64,000 bases of DNA from an uncultured bacterium (GCA_963707655.1 OY970172.1:960001-1024000), one strand, 5' to 3'; positions 11,315-22,220 are shown, counted from the first letter of the stretch. Notes: generated from the letters alone by a model not told the origin. Program-made: numbers and translations.

Positions 11315-13639
11315 ATGAAGCTCTCGTTAGTATGGCTCTTCGATCATATAAATGCTGATTGGAAGAGTGTTGATGTTCAAAAATTGGTGGCAGAATTTAA
11401 TAAAAAAACTGCCGAAATAGAAAATTTTTATGAAGTGAACATTGATCTGAGCCAATTTACTCTTGCGACCGCAAAATCGGCTACTTCTGATAGCATCACG
11501 GCATACTCAACTGAGTGGCGCAAAGATCTTACTCTTCCTGCAAGAACTGATGTTAAATCCGGGTTGCATTACCTGGTAAAGAAAAATAAAGATGATTTTA
11601 GCTGGGCAAAGTCAACCGACTTTGGCGCGCACAAAGAATACATATTGCCCGCCTTTGCCGCAGATGAAACAACCTTGAGCGGTGATTGGAAAAATTCATT
11701 CCAAGCGCGCGATTGGATTATAGAAGTTGATAACAAATCAATCAACCACCGCCCCGATCTATGGAGCCATCGCGGCATTGCGCGTGAAGTAGCAGCGATT
11801 TTTGGTTTCACTCTCAAACCGTTAGAAGAATTTCTTGCTCAACATCCGGTCAATGAATATAAATCATCAGTCTCTGCTCAAGAAAGTGGTTCATTTGCCA
11901 TTTCTATTAATGACCCGGCTTTGTGCCGACGCTTTGCCGGCCTTAAGCTGGACGCTGTAACCAATCAATCATCATCGCTGCTGATCGCTCAGCATTTAAT
12001 CCGTCTTGACAGCAAAGTGATCGATGCCATTGTTGATGTTACCAATTACGTAATGTTTGATATAGGGCAACCGCTGCATGCGTTTGATGCAGAGAAAATT
12101 TCTCATAATGCGATTCAAGTTCGTCTGGCAAAAGACAAAGAAAAAATTGTTCTTTTAGATGGTCAGACCGTTGAGCTCACGCCACAAGATATGGTTATTG
12201 CTGATGATATACAACCATTGGCTGTTGCGGGTATTATGGGCGGCGCATCGAGTGCTGTTTCTCTTGCAACAAAATCTATTTTTCTTGAATCGGCTAATTT
12301 TGACCCGGCAATGATTCGTAAAACAGCTGCTCACATTAAACGGCGAACAGAAGCTTCTACCCGCTTTGAAAAAAATTTGGATCCTCACAATAATGTTGTT
12401 GGTATTTTGCGTTTTCTTTCTCTTATTAAAAAAATAAAGTTAGATGCCACAGCAGTTGGCCCCATTAGTTCATTGGGCGCATTACCTTCTGCCACTGTTG
12501 TTACTCTGGAGCGCAGCTTTATTGAGCGCTGCTTGGGAATAGCGCTTGCTAATGATTTTATTATCACCACCTTAGAAAAACTTGATTTTAAGGTGAGTGT
12601 TGATGGTGATCGCTATACCGTAACGGTACCAACATGGCGCGCAACCAAAGATGTTTCGCTTCCCGAAGATATAGTAGAGGAAGTTGGACGCTTTTTTGGG
12701 TATGAAAATATGCCGACGCAGTTGCCGCGCCGTTTTATGACACCTTTTGATCTCCATTCGGTAGATCGAACCAGACTGCTCAAGCAGTTTATGGCGCAGA
12801 CTGCGCGTATGCATGAAGTGTATAATTACGCATTGCATGACGAAGCCTTTTTGCGCATGATTGAATGGCACCCCGATGCAGCAATTTCAGTCGTGAATCC
12901 CGTTTCCGAGAATTGGCGCTTGTTAGTTACTTCACTCATTCCCGGATTATTAAAAAATGTGTACGACAACAGCTCTGAATATGAGCAGCTGCGCTTTTTC
13001 GAATGGGGCCGCACATGGCAACTTGAGAGTGATATTCCAAAGGAACGCAAAAAATTATCAGGTATTATGGTGAATAAATCTGCCAATGCCATGAATTTTT
13101 ATGAAATAAAAGATTATCTTACCATTCTGTTTAATGCATTGAACGTGCGTGTTGAATGGGAGCAGCTTGCTGCTCATGAGCATCCTTGGTTTGAACCTTA
13201 TCAAACCGCGGCCATTAAGTATGCAGGGGTCTGCATCGGCGTGATGGGCAAGCTTAAAAGCTCACTTTTAAATAAAATTGTTACGGGAGAAGGGTATGCG
13301 TTTGAGCTCGAAGGAGACTTTCTTCTTGAGTATCGACACGAGATGAAAAAAATTATCATCCCTTCAAAATATCCCGTTGTTGAGCGAGACATCAGCATGT
13401 TGGTTAAAGATTCAATGACTGTTGCACAGATTTCATCACTCATTGCCAAGGCTGATTCGCGCATTATTTCAGTAGAGTTGCGCGATCTGTTTAAAAAGCA
13501 AGAATGGATTGATCAGCGCTCTCTTACCTTTAGGTTTGTAATCAGTGATCATGAAAAAACATTGAGTAAAGAAGAAACAGAAGAGATCGGCAACCGTGCA
13601 ATTGCAGAACTGACAAAGCATGGTGCGGTTATACGATGA
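11315..13639 (+). CDS. pheT: Phenylalanine--tRNA ligase beta subunit
   Basis: HRPDLWSHRGIAREVAA, VDVTNYVM, GQPLHAFD, LESANF, EDIVEEVGR, C-terminal FDX-ACB domain (YPVVERDIS). Confidence 0.95.
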   Translation: MKLSLVWLFDHINADWKSVDVQKLVAEFNKKTAEIENFYEVNIDLSQFTLATAKSATSDSITAYSTEWRKDLTLPARTDVKSGLHYLVKKNKDDFSWAKSTDFGAHKEYILPAFAADETTLSGDWKNSFQARDWIIEVDNKSINHRPDLWSHRGIAREVAAIFGFTLKPLEEFLAQHPVNEYKSSVSAQESGSFAISINDPALCRRFAGLKLDAVTNQSSSLLIAQHLIRLDSKVIDAIVDVTNYVMFDIGQPLHAFDAEKISHNAIQVRLAKDKEKIVLLDGQTVELTPQDMVIADDIQPLAVAGIMGGASSAVSLATKSIFLESANFDPAMIRKTAAHIKRRTEASTRFEKNLDPHNNVVGILRFLSLIKKIKLDATAVGPISSLGALPSATVVTLERSFIERCLGIALANDFIITTLEKLDFKVSVDGDRYTVTVPTWRATKDVSLPEDIVEEVGRFFGYENMPTQLPRRFMTPFDLHSVDRTRLLKQFMAQTARMHEVYNYALHDEAFLRMIEWHPDAAISVVNPVSENWRLLVTSLIPGLLKNVYDNSSEYEQLRFFEWGRTWQLESDIPKERKKLSGIMVNKSANAMNFYEIKDYLTILFNALNVRVEWEQLAAHEHPWFEPYQTAAIKYAGVCIGVMGKLKSSLLNKIVTGEGYAFELEGDFLLEYRHEMKKIIIPSKYPVVERDISMLVKDSMTVAQISSLIAKADSRIISVELRDLFKKQEWIDQRSLTFRFVISDHEKTLSKEETEEIGNRAIAELTKHGAVIR

Positions 13640-14097
13640 TAAAAAAGTTCTATTGGGTTCCCTATTGTCTGATTCTTCTGTGCTTAACGATGCTAGATCG
13701 CTGTACGAAACAATATGCGGTAAAAGCTTTTGCTATTCCTCTCAAGATTAACTCGCTGCTTTCTTTTGAATTGGTGTTTAATCGAGGAATTTCTTGGGGT
13801 CTGTTTGGTTCGAATAATGAATTTTTATTTGCCGTGCTCAACGTTCTTATTATTTTGTTCCTCGTCTTTTTTATTGTATACATTAAGCAGCGTTATCAGC
13901 ACAAGCAATCTGTTTTTGCCGAACTTCTGGTAATGTGCGGTGCACTATCTAATGTGTGCGATCGCTTTTATTATCAAGGGGTTATTGATTTTATTGTCCT
14001 CTCTCTTGGCTCGTGGTCATGGCCCGTATTTAATTTGGCAGATGTTTTTATTGTTGCAGGCATAGGAATGATGTTTTTACGCGGTTACCGTTCATGA
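13636..14097 (+). CDS. lspA: Lipoprotein signal peptidase
   Basis: NRGISWG, GALSNVCDR, GVIDFI, WPVFNLAD. Confidence 0.93.
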   Translation: MIKKFYWVPYCLILLCLTMLDRCTKQYAVKAFAIPLKINSLLSFELVFNRGISWGLFGSNNEFLFAVLNVLIILFLVFFIVYIKQRYQHKQSVFAELLVMCGALSNVCDRFYYQGVIDFIVLSLGSWSWPVFNLADVFIVAGIGMMFLRGYRS

Positions 14098-14561
14098 GAT
14101 CAGTATGGCTTTCTCTGGCAACACTGGGCCCAATCGGTCATTTGCCTGCACCTGGCAGTTGTGCAAGCTTGCTCACATTGGCATTGGTTTATTTTTTGCA
14201 AGTAATGCATGTAGATCCCACAACCTATCTGATAATTCTTGGCAGTGGTATTGTACTTGGCTGGTTCATTATTAAAAAAGCATTGGCAGCTCTTGATAGA
14301 TCAGATGACCCGTCAGAGATTGTTTTTGATGAAGTATTGGGCTGTTTGCTGACCTTCTGGGCTATTCCATTCTCGGCCTATACATTAATTATAGGTTTTA
14401 TTATTTTTCGCATTCTTGATATTACCAAAGGGTTGGGCGTAGCTTCTTTTGAAATCTTTTTTGGCGCCTGGGGAATTATTTTAGATGATTTGGCGGCAGG
14501 GCTTTTGAGCAATATATTTTTACACGTTATAATTTTCTTTTTACATGATTATCTTATCTAA
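14094..14561 (+). CDS. pgpA: Phosphatidylglycerophosphatase A
   Basis: APGS, DPSEIVFDEVLG, FRILDITK, GIILDDLAAG. Confidence 0.9.
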   Translation: MRSVWLSLATLGPIGHLPAPGSCASLLTLALVYFLQVMHVDPTTYLIILGSGIVLGWFIIKKALAALDRSDDPSEIVFDEVLGCLLTFWAIPFSAYTLIIGFIIFRILDITKGLGVASFEIFFGAWGIILDDLAAGLLSNIFLHVIIFFLHDYLI

Positions 14562-15255
14562 ATATCCATCTATAAGAGAATTACGCTATTACATACAAAG
14601 CGTATGGGCCGCTTGTTATCATGTCGTGCTGGCACTTGTTGCACCTCCTTTTTGTGCCTCTTGCAAAAAATTTCTATCTGAGCGTGTGCCATTGTGCACT
14701 TCTTGTGTTGCTCAGATTCACCCCATTACCACAAAAACTATTGTGGTGACCGCGAGCTGCCAGATGAAGGTATTTGCAATTACTGCATATCGCGATCCCT
14801 TGCAAGCATTAATAGTGGCTAAGCGACACAGTAACATTGCCTCAGCGGCACAATTGGGGGAATTAATCTGGCACATGACTGATTTACGTAATATTCATTT
14901 TGATTATCTGGTTCCCGTGCCGCTGCACTGGCGGCGGTATGCGCAGCGGGGCTATAATCAGACTGAAGAGATAGCACACATTATTGCCAAGCGTAGTGGT
15001 AAGCCAATGGTTGCTGCTTTAAAGCGTGTAAAGAAAACAGATTTTCAATCGCGCCTGACGCATGATAAACGTTTTGATAATGTAAAAGAGGCATTCGCTT
15101 TGAATACAACAGATCATGCGATGTTTAAAGATAAAACAATAGTTTTAGTTGATGATGTAATGACATCGGGCGCAACATTAATTGCTGCCGCCCGTCAATT
15201 ACGATTATTAAAGCCAAAAGAAATTATTTCGGTAGTCGCTTGTAGAGTAATTTGA
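14545..15255 (+). CDS. comF: ComF-family protein (zinc ribbon + phosphoribosyltransferase fold)
   Basis: CASC/CTSC, VPVPLH, RGYNQ, LVDDVMTSGAT; start codon uncertain. Confidence 0.88.
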   Translation: MIILSKYPSIRELRYYIQSVWAACYHVVLALVAPPFCASCKKFLSERVPLCTSCVAQIHPITTKTIVVTASCQMKVFAITAYRDPLQALIVAKRHSNIASAAQLGELIWHMTDLRNIHFDYLVPVPLHWRRYAQRGYNQTEEIAHIIAKRSGKPMVAALKRVKKTDFQSRLTHDKRFDNVKEAFALNTTDHAMFKDKTIVLVDDVMTSGATLIAAARQLRLLKPKEIISVVACRVI

Positions 15256-15257
15256 TT

Positions 15258-15929
15258 TTACTGCAGTCCGTCGAGACTCTCCTGGATTTTTTCTAAGCAT
15301 TCTTTTGCTGCTGCAACCAATATGGGGGGTAGTAATTGTTCTTTTTCGTTGCTTTTAATAAGACTTACAATGGTCCTTGTATCTTCATCATGCATGGCGG
15401 CCAATAACGCTTCCCCTCTTGTTACAGAGGTATGTAGTTGTGCCAGCAAGGGATTTGCGGCTAATTGATCTTGCAGCGACGGCTGAGTTGCCGGCTCTGC
15501 AACAGGTTGGCCCAAAGCAGTATGAATGGTACGGCCCTGGGTGGTTAAAAACTTTGTCATGAGATTCATCATGAGCGGGTGTATGTTACCCATATTTGCT
15601 TGATGAGCAGCCACAACTTCATCAGTATTTTTTGCTCTTATTTGTGCCATGATGTAATAAGCAGCATACGATTCTCTTTTGCAGACGCGGAACAAATCAT
15701 CTTCGAATGTTGTAGTTGTCAGAATTTCATTTATGTCTTTTTCTCTTATGAATGTTTCAATTCTCGTGAACAAGTCATTATTTGAAGGGTCCACTACATA
15801 TGACCGAGGATCTGTTTGTTTGCTCAACCAATTGACGCCCCCCTGTATGCCTTTTTGTATCATATCCATTGGCAAAGCAGTTGTTGCGTTTAAAGACACT
15901 AAGCACATTGCATATGTTGAAAATTTCAT
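15258..15929 (-). CDS. Hypothetical exported protein
   Basis: Long ORF with signal-peptide-like start MKFSTYAMCLVSLNATTALP. Confidence 0.7.
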   Translation of the reverse strand: MKFSTYAMCLVSLNATTALPMDMIQKGIQGGVNWLSKQTDPRSYVVDPSNNDLFTRIETFIREKDINEILTTTTFEDDLFRVCKRESYAAYYIMAQIRAKNTDEVVAAHQANMGNIHPLMMNLMTKFLTTQGRTIHTALGQPVAEPATQPSLQDQLAANPLLAQLHTSVTRGEALLAAMHDEDTRTIVSLIKSNEKEQLLPPILVAAAKECLEKIQESLDGLQ

Positions 15930-16105
15930 AAAAATGTCCTTCATAGAAGAAGATATAAAAATTTATCCTATTGTAATACATCAATGATGCTAAATCAATG
16001 ATCTTTCGCCCTTTAATTGCTCGTAAATGACGATCTTGTAGCAACTTTTATTATGTGCTAACCTAAACAAAATTTTGGTATCATTTATTTAAAAGAGGGC
16101 ATTGT

Positions 16106-17212
16106 ATGAAAAATACAGCATCGTTATCTGTTGGGTTATTGTTACTCGGTAGCTTGGTATTATTACCCGGTTGCGGTTTGTTAGATTTAATAACAGGCAA
16201 AAAAGAAGATGCGCAGCAGGTAGAAACTGCTCCCCAAGATGAAGCCTCTGCTTCTGATGAAAGTGCTTCGTGCCCGGTGAACAATACGCTGAATGGCTCT
16301 TCATCTGATACTGATGTTTTGGCAACCATGAACGGCAAAGCAATAATTACTACCGCCATGTTTGAGGCCGAATTTAACAAAGTGCTTGAAAAAAATCCTC
16401 AAGTGAAGCAATTTTTAGCTCTTATGCCTGACATAGAAGAGAAATTTATTGAAAACATGGTGAATCAAAAGATTATTGATCGCTACATTACTGAACATAA
16501 ACTTGATCAGTCTCCTTCTTATAAAGCAGAATTGGAAGGAATGGTTAATGAATTGAAGCAGATGTTGAATATGGAAGTTTTTGGTCGCCAATTTACCGTT
16601 AATGTTGCTGATGCTGAAATTCGTAAATTTTATGAAGAACATAAAGCAGAAATTCCTGAATTACTTATTTCTTATGGCGGAACCAATGTTATGGGTGTCT
16701 CCTTTGATAGCCAAGCAGACGCACAGGCATTTATGGACAAAGTGAAGGATGCAAGCAAGCAGTTTGAAAGAATGGCGAATGAAGCAGGATTCAAAGCCAA
16801 TTTCAGAGACTTTAAATTGGTTAATGCTCATAGCGTTGCCATTGATCCAACCGTTCGCACCAAAATTGTCACTATAAAAACATTCCCTACTGTTGATATG
16901 GTGCAGGGCGCAGATAAAAAATATTGGGTTCTTAATGCCATTTCTCAGGAAGAGCCAAAATATAAGCAATTTGATGAAGTTAAAGAGCTGCTTAAGCCGG
17001 TCATCGAACGTGAAAAGCAAGTAGTGAGAATGCAGGATGAATACAAGAAACTGATGCAAGAATATAACATTGAGATAAATAAAGAGCACTTTGCCAAAAA
17101 GCAGGGTGAAAAGAGCAAATCTAATGTTATGGAGCAATTCATGCAACAGGAAGAAGCAAGTTCACAAAAGCCCGTTCCCGGGAAAAAAGCATCGAGCGCA
17201 CAGGTTGCGTAA
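16106..17212 (+). CDS. PrsA/SurA-like chaperone (parvulin-related) lipoprotein
   Basis: Lipobox LLPGC, VLATMNGKAIT, EIRKFYEEHK, FDEVK pattern of PrsA/PpiD-type foldases. Confidence 0.7.
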   Translation: MKNTASLSVGLLLLGSLVLLPGCGLLDLITGKKEDAQQVETAPQDEASASDESASCPVNNTLNGSSSDTDVLATMNGKAIITTAMFEAEFNKVLEKNPQVKQFLALMPDIEEKFIENMVNQKIIDRYITEHKLDQSPSYKAELEGMVNELKQMLNMEVFGRQFTVNVADAEIRKFYEEHKAEIPELLISYGGTNVMGVSFDSQADAQAFMDKVKDASKQFERMANEAGFKANFRDFKLVNAHSVAIDPTVRTKIVTIKTFPTVDMVQGADKKYWVLNAISQEEPKYKQFDEVKELLKPVIEREKQVVRMQDEYKKLMQEYNIEINKEHFAKKQGEKSKSNVMEQFMQQEEASSQKPVPGKKASSAQVA

Positions 17213-17247
17213 GGGCAATAGAGATAACTATTAGTTGTGCTATAATG

Positions 17248-17283
17248 AATAGGAAGTTTACCGTAAGTAAACTTCCTATTTTA
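17248..17283 (+). terminator. Strong hairpin / intrinsic terminator between the two chaperone-like genes
   Basis: Perfect 14-bp stem AATAGGAAGTTTAC/GTAAACTTCCTATT ending in T-run. Confidence 0.65.
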
Positions 17284-17314
17284 CATTAGAAAATATTTTT
17301 TACGGGATACGTTT

Positions 17315-18148
17315 ATGAAGAAAATAGCAATAACACTCGGTTTAATGGCATCTTGTTGCTTAATGGCCAAGACCGATATGATAGTGGTTGACCGGATCGA
17401 AGCTGTTGTCTTGGGGCCGGTGCGTAATGATGTTATTACCCTTTCAGATGCAAGGCGGCCGGGCATTGACGGAAGATCCCGCACCGCTAATGATATTGTC
17501 AACACGCGTAAAATATATCAAATTGCAGAAGTGCAGCATCTGGTTAATGATGAAGGCGCAGAAAAAAGCCTGAAAGTATTGCAACGGGACAACAATCTTT
17601 CAAACGATGCCCTTGACGCAATGTTTTTAGAAACGGGCTACAGCCCTGCAGATGGTCGGGAAGAATTTAAAATGTTGAATGGCGTGAGCAGCGCTATCAG
17701 CATGAATGTAACAAGCAAGACCATGGTTTCTGAGCAAGACATTCTTGACCAATACAATAAAGCACCAGAAATGCTTGAAGAGTCTTATTGCCTCAAGCGG
17801 GCAGAAGTTGCCCTTGCACAAGCGGATTCAGCCGTAGATCTTAGAACTCAGCTGAAAGAGCGTACTTTTAAGCCTGTCTGGAGCTCAGAATATTGGATTG
17901 ATCGCTCTGAGATTGATACTGAAAAAGCCTTTATTTTTGATATGTCAAAAGGGCAACTGCGTATCGATAAAAATAGAAATTCTTATGAACTCCTGCGTCT
18001 TGTTGATAAAAAAGAGGTGCGTCCGGCCCCGCTTGATAAAGATCGCCGCGCTGCCATTGAAAACGAATTGCACCAGAAAAAATTTATTGAAGAAATGAGA
18101 GCATTTAATGAAACAGTTGATGAAGAAGTCGCCGTTTTGCGATTTTAA
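17315..18148 (+). CDS. SurA N-terminal-like exported protein
   Basis: Signal peptide followed by VVDRIEAVV...DVITLSD, resembling the SurA N-terminus; otherwise divergent. Confidence 0.6.
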   Translation: MKKIAITLGLMASCCLMAKTDMIVVDRIEAVVLGPVRNDVITLSDARRPGIDGRSRTANDIVNTRKIYQIAEVQHLVNDEGAEKSLKVLQRDNNLSNDALDAMFLETGYSPADGREEFKMLNGVSSAISMNVTSKTMVSEQDILDQYNKAPEMLEESYCLKRAEVALAQADSAVDLRTQLKERTFKPVWSSEYWIDRSEIDTEKAFIFDMSKGQLRIDKNRNSYELLRLVDKKEVRPAPLDKDRRAAIENELHQKKFIEEMRAFNETVDEEVAVLRF

Positions 18149-19395
18149 TTATCAATCGGGTCATTTGATTGCTGCGCTTCTTGGCTGAGCAATAAAGTTT
18201 TTTCAATCAATATGTCTTTACGCTCTTTCAGCTCCGGCTTGTTATCAAAGTAAGTAGCGAGCATTGTTTCAAAATCCATATCAACATTCATAAGAACGCG
18301 TCTTTCGCGCAGACTCGGCTTGCGTACGGGAATGATTCCCACAATGTACCAGGCAGCAGCGCATGCACGTTGCACTTCTGTTAATGATACCGTGTCTTTT
18401 GTATCGGGCGGCACATGATACACAATTTTGATGACCGCATCGGTAATATCATATTTTTTAATCTCGCAAAGGACTTGTTCGGTTTGATTTTTTTCTGCGG
18501 TAAGCTGAAGCTCAATTTGTATAAAAGGGCGGGTGGGCACGGTAATAAATTCGTGGCTCGCCTTTCCTTTTTCAGGTATTGAAACAACACAAAATCCTTT
18601 TTCTTCTTTGCGTTCGCCAAAGTCGATTCGCTCGATAGAACCAGAATAAACAATAGCCGGATACCCATTAGGATTTAAGTTTTGATACCGATGCAAATGA
18701 CCCAGACCAACATAATCAAATATAGGCAATGCCAATTGTGATGGTAGCAGAAGAGGATCGGTGCCATAAATTGCCCGCTTTTCCGATCCGGAAAAAATTC
18801 CTGAACTCACCGTCAAATGGGCTGCCAGGACCGCCGGCATAGTAGGATCTATTTTGCTGGCAAGATCTTTAATAATCTCTGCCACCGCTTTTGAAATATA
18901 TTCAGTAATTTGGCTCGCTGATTTATGTGCGTGCCTATTACTGATAGCAAGTGTATTGCGCGTTGGCCAGGGAATGCCAACAATGGCTATCGGACCGTTT
19001 TTTGTTTGCAAGATAAAAGGAGTGGTGTCCGGCTTTGCAATAACATGAAATCCTGAAAGGGGCAGTTCATTGAAAAGATCGAGCGTGTGGGCTTTACCAA
19101 AACTTAAAGGGTTATCATGGTTACCTATGATCAGCACAATAGGAATTTTTTTCTCATACAGGCGAAAAAAAGATTTAAGTAATAATTTTTGTTGCGTCGG
19201 GCTCGGTGTTGTGGTTTTGTATGCATCTCCGGAAAATAAAAAGAAATCAACATCATGCTCAATAGCATAGTCTATACAGATGTTAAATGCTTTTTCAAAA
19301 TCCAAAAGACGGGAGTGGATACCCGTCTTTGGATCAATGTGACCGTAATTTTCCATGCCGAAATGTATATCGGCGGTGTGTACAAATCGAATCAT
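18145..19395 (-). CDS. sbcD: SbcD/Mre11-family metallophosphoesterase nuclease
   Basis: HTADIHFG, GDAY, GNHD, DYVGLGHLH, YSGSIERIDFGE. Confidence 0.92.
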   Translation of the reverse strand: MIRFVHTADIHFGMENYGHIDPKTGIHSRLLDFEKAFNICIDYAIEHDVDFFLFSGDAYKTTTPSPTQQKLLLKSFFRLYEKKIPIVLIIGNHDNPLSFGKAHTLDLFNELPLSGFHVIAKPDTTPFILQTKNGPIAIVGIPWPTRNTLAISNRHAHKSASQITEYISKAVAEIIKDLASKIDPTMPAVLAAHLTVSSGIFSGSEKRAIYGTDPLLLPSQLALPIFDYVGLGHLHRYQNLNPNGYPAIVYSGSIERIDFGERKEEKGFCVVSIPEKGKASHEFITVPTRPFIQIELQLTAEKNQTEQVLCEIKKYDITDAVIKIVYHVPPDTKDTVSLTEVQRACAAAWYIVGIIPVRKPSLRERRVLMNVDMDFETMLATYFDNKPELKERKDILIEKTLLLSQEAQQSNDPIDN

Positions 19396-20864
19396 AAATT
19401 GTCAGGCGTATTTGTGTTGTTGTTGGTTTTTATGGCACCTGCAAAAAACAGCTGTTCATCAGCCTGCTCAAGCACTCCTTCAGTAATTGGCGATACCATG
19501 AATTTATCTACGTAGCCTTCTTTATTGATTTGGCGAGAGCGGCCAATGGCAAGTGATCCTGCGCTCACATCGTGAGTGATGACAGATCCGGCAGCGGTGA
19601 AGGCTTGTTTTCCTATGGTCAACGGAGCCACCAGTGTGTTGTTGCTGCCAATATAAGCAGCGTCACCAACTACTGTTTTATTTTTGCTCACCCCATTGTG
19701 ATTGCAAAATATGGTTCCTGCGCCTACATTCACTCGTGATCCAAGGTGCGCGTTACCTATATAGGCTAAATGCTTGGCCTTACTATAATCACCGATTACG
19801 CTTTCTTTTACTTCTACAAAGTTGCCTATGACTGCATTGTTTCCGATGGTTGCCGAGTTGCGCACATGCGCAAATGGACCAATGCTCGCATTGCTGCCAA
19901 TAGATGAATCGCTCAAAACACAAAAAGGATGAATAACAACGTTGTCGCCGACTGTCATATTGCTGAGCGAAGATGATTCGTGGATAGCGCTGTTATTACC
20001 AATTTTTGTTCCGGCAAGAAGATGTACGCCTGAGCCTATAGAACTGCCGGCACCAATGGTTACATCAAGATCGATATGCACATTTTGCGCGACTGAAAAA
20101 CGTACCCCTTTTTCCATCCATTCTTTGATAATTTCAGATCGTTTAATCTGTTCAGCGGCCCAGAGTTCTTGCAAGGTGTTGATGCCGCGGACCAGATCGA
20201 AAGGAGCGGTGGTAGTGACAACAGTATTGTTGTTATTGCTGGCAATCTTTATCAGATCGGTAATATAAAATTCATTGCATTTTTCATTTGCTTTTATTTT
20301 GGCACAGCTTTCTTCTAAGAAGCTGCGCTTCGCCAAGTAAATTCCTGCGTTAATGCAGCAATGCTCATGGGGATCAAGAGTAAAATCTTTTGCTTCAATA
20401 ATCTCAATGCCGCTCTCTTTTTTTATTACTCTGCCATAACTGTGGTTGGGATCTACCAAATGTGCAGAGACAAAACTAATGTCGGCATTATTTGTTTTAT
20501 GTTTGTCATACAGTTCTTGAATTATGCTCTCTGAGATTAATGGCATATCGCCATTCATAATCAAAATGTGTTCTTTGTTCCAGGTTGGCTTTGTGCACCA
20601 CAAAGCGTGCCCTGTTCCTTTTTGTTCTTCCTGAACCACAAATTGAACCGTGTCATTGTGCGCATGCTGTACCGCTTCCTGAATTATTTCTTTTTGGTAG
20701 CCAACGACAAGTGTAGTGGGAACATTCATCTGGGCGAGTAGCTTGGTTTGATAAAGAAGCATTTTTTGCCCGCATATTTTTTCGACGAGTTTTGTTTTTC
20801 CTGTTTTAAAACGTGTCGATTTTCCCGCAGCCAGCACGATCGCTTGTATTTTTTCAAGAGCCAT
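19392..20864 (-). CDS. glmU: Bifunctional UDP-GlcNAc pyrophosphorylase/acetyltransferase GlmU
   Basis: LAAGKSTR, QKGTGHA, NGDMPL, EFYITD, hexapeptide repeats, GNFVEVK, KAKHLAYIG. Confidence 0.95.
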   Translation of the reverse strand: MALEKIQAIVLAAGKSTRFKTGKTKLVEKICGQKMLLYQTKLLAQMNVPTTLVVGYQKEIIQEAVQHAHNDTVQFVVQEEQKGTGHALWCTKPTWNKEHILIMNGDMPLISESIIQELYDKHKTNNADISFVSAHLVDPNHSYGRVIKKESGIEIIEAKDFTLDPHEHCCINAGIYLAKRSFLEESCAKIKANEKCNEFYITDLIKIASNNNNTVVTTTAPFDLVRGINTLQELWAAEQIKRSEIIKEWMEKGVRFSVAQNVHIDLDVTIGAGSSIGSGVHLLAGTKIGNNSAIHESSSLSNMTVGDNVVIHPFCVLSDSSIGSNASIGPFAHVRNSATIGNNAVIGNFVEVKESVIGDYSKAKHLAYIGNAHLGSRVNVGAGTIFCNHNGVSKNKTVVGDAAYIGSNNTLVAPLTIGKQAFTAAGSVITHDVSAGSLAIGRSRQINKEGYVDKFMVSPITEGVLEQADEQLFFAGAIKTNNNTNTPDNL

Positions 20865-21195
20865 AAAATATCTCCCTGTTCATACACTAATACTTTGATT
20901 TTTCATTATTCGTTTCATTAAAGAAGAGCAAAAAAATTTTAGCAATAAATGCTGGCTAAGTCCATAATAGATGAGGGAGGGGGTGTTGTTGCACAATAAA
21001 TCTCTTAAAATTACTCATGAGATGATCTATTTGTTTTATCATCCCCGCCCCCTGTTTTTTGTACTGAGTCGCCCAGGCTACCCTATTTTTTGTTGACATT
21101 TTCAATTTGAATTTTTTATTATTATATTAATGAATAAATATGGCCAAAAAATCAAGCAAATGAAAATGATTTATATAGAATACGAGGAAGATGCC

Positions 21196-22152
21196 ATGAT
21201 CAAATATGTATTAATTTTTGTTTTGTTATTTTTTAGCCAAGCCCAGCTATATGTAGCAGAAATACCGTCTTCATCATCAGATACTGTTTCGGAAGAAAGC
21301 GCTGTTGGCTGGGGTCAATGGCTTTCAGGCTTCTTGCCTTCTTTCGGCAATTTATATGCGTGGATAGCTTCATGGCGCGATACGCGTACTGCCGAGCAGC
21401 AAGAGCAAGATAATGCTACCAACAGCAACCGATTTGATCGACAGGTGGAAAACATTGATGCGTTGGCAACCCATGCTGAAGAAGAACATGCGCAAGCGCG
21501 AGCAAATATAGCTGCTAACGTTAATCTTCAGGAAACCAGAGATAGATTGCAAAGATATATCGCCTCACTTGAAGGTGCGCGTAGAAGCCTCTCATTATTG
21601 CAAGTGCGACTCTCACCTGATTATGTCAAAGAGGCCGCAGAAGGTATGGTAAAAAACTTTAGTCTTATAAAGGGCTTTAATCCTTTGGATGTGTATACTT
21701 ATTTGGCTCGGCAATTTACCGACTTGGGTGTTGTTAACACCGAGTTACCGAGTGAAGAAGCATTAGCAAAGCTTTCATTTACGCAAAGAGAAAAAGCAGT
21801 AAAAGAAAGATTTATAGAACAAGGAAAGATCATTCAGGAAGCTTTTTCGGCTGAACAAATTTATAACAATATAAACAGGCTCATTAATGATCAAGAAAAA
21901 ATGGGACAAGGAAATTCAGAAGAAACTAAAAAATTACGTCAGGTTCTATATTTATTCCAAGATCCGGCATCTAAAGAGCAATTTGACGCATTTTTAAAAG
22001 GGGATCAACAAGATGGTTTATTTTCCTTGAAGATTGAAGATCCTACAGGAGAAAAAATAGCGCAGGTCCAAGCACTTAATGATCGCCTGCTTATTAAGGC
22101 GGAGCTTCAACAAGACATACGAGATATTGATAAAAAATTGAAGCCACAATAG
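21196..22152 (+). CDS. Hypothetical exported, coiled-coil-rich protein
   Basis: GAGG RBS before ATG 21196; signal peptide MIKYVLIFVLLFFSQA. Confidence 0.7.
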   Translation: MIKYVLIFVLLFFSQAQLYVAEIPSSSSDTVSEESAVGWGQWLSGFLPSFGNLYAWIASWRDTRTAEQQEQDNATNSNRFDRQVENIDALATHAEEEHAQARANIAANVNLQETRDRLQRYIASLEGARRSLSLLQVRLSPDYVKEAAEGMVKNFSLIKGFNPLDVYTYLARQFTDLGVVNTELPSEEALAKLSFTQREKAVKERFIEQGKIIQEAFSAEQIYNNINRLINDQEKMGQGNSEETKKLRQVLYLFQDPASKEQFDAFLKGDQQDGLFSLKIEDPTGEKIAQVQALNDRLLIKAELQQDIRDIDKKLKPQ

Positions 22153-22220
22153 TTCTTTTTAAACATTCATATATACTCCTAACAACTAAGCCGAACCACT
22201 CCTATTTGAGGGAAAAATGT

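Noticed and set aside
10653..11318. ORFs 10653-10907, 10911-11120 and 11064-11318
   Set aside because: Overlap the tmRNA gene; spurious
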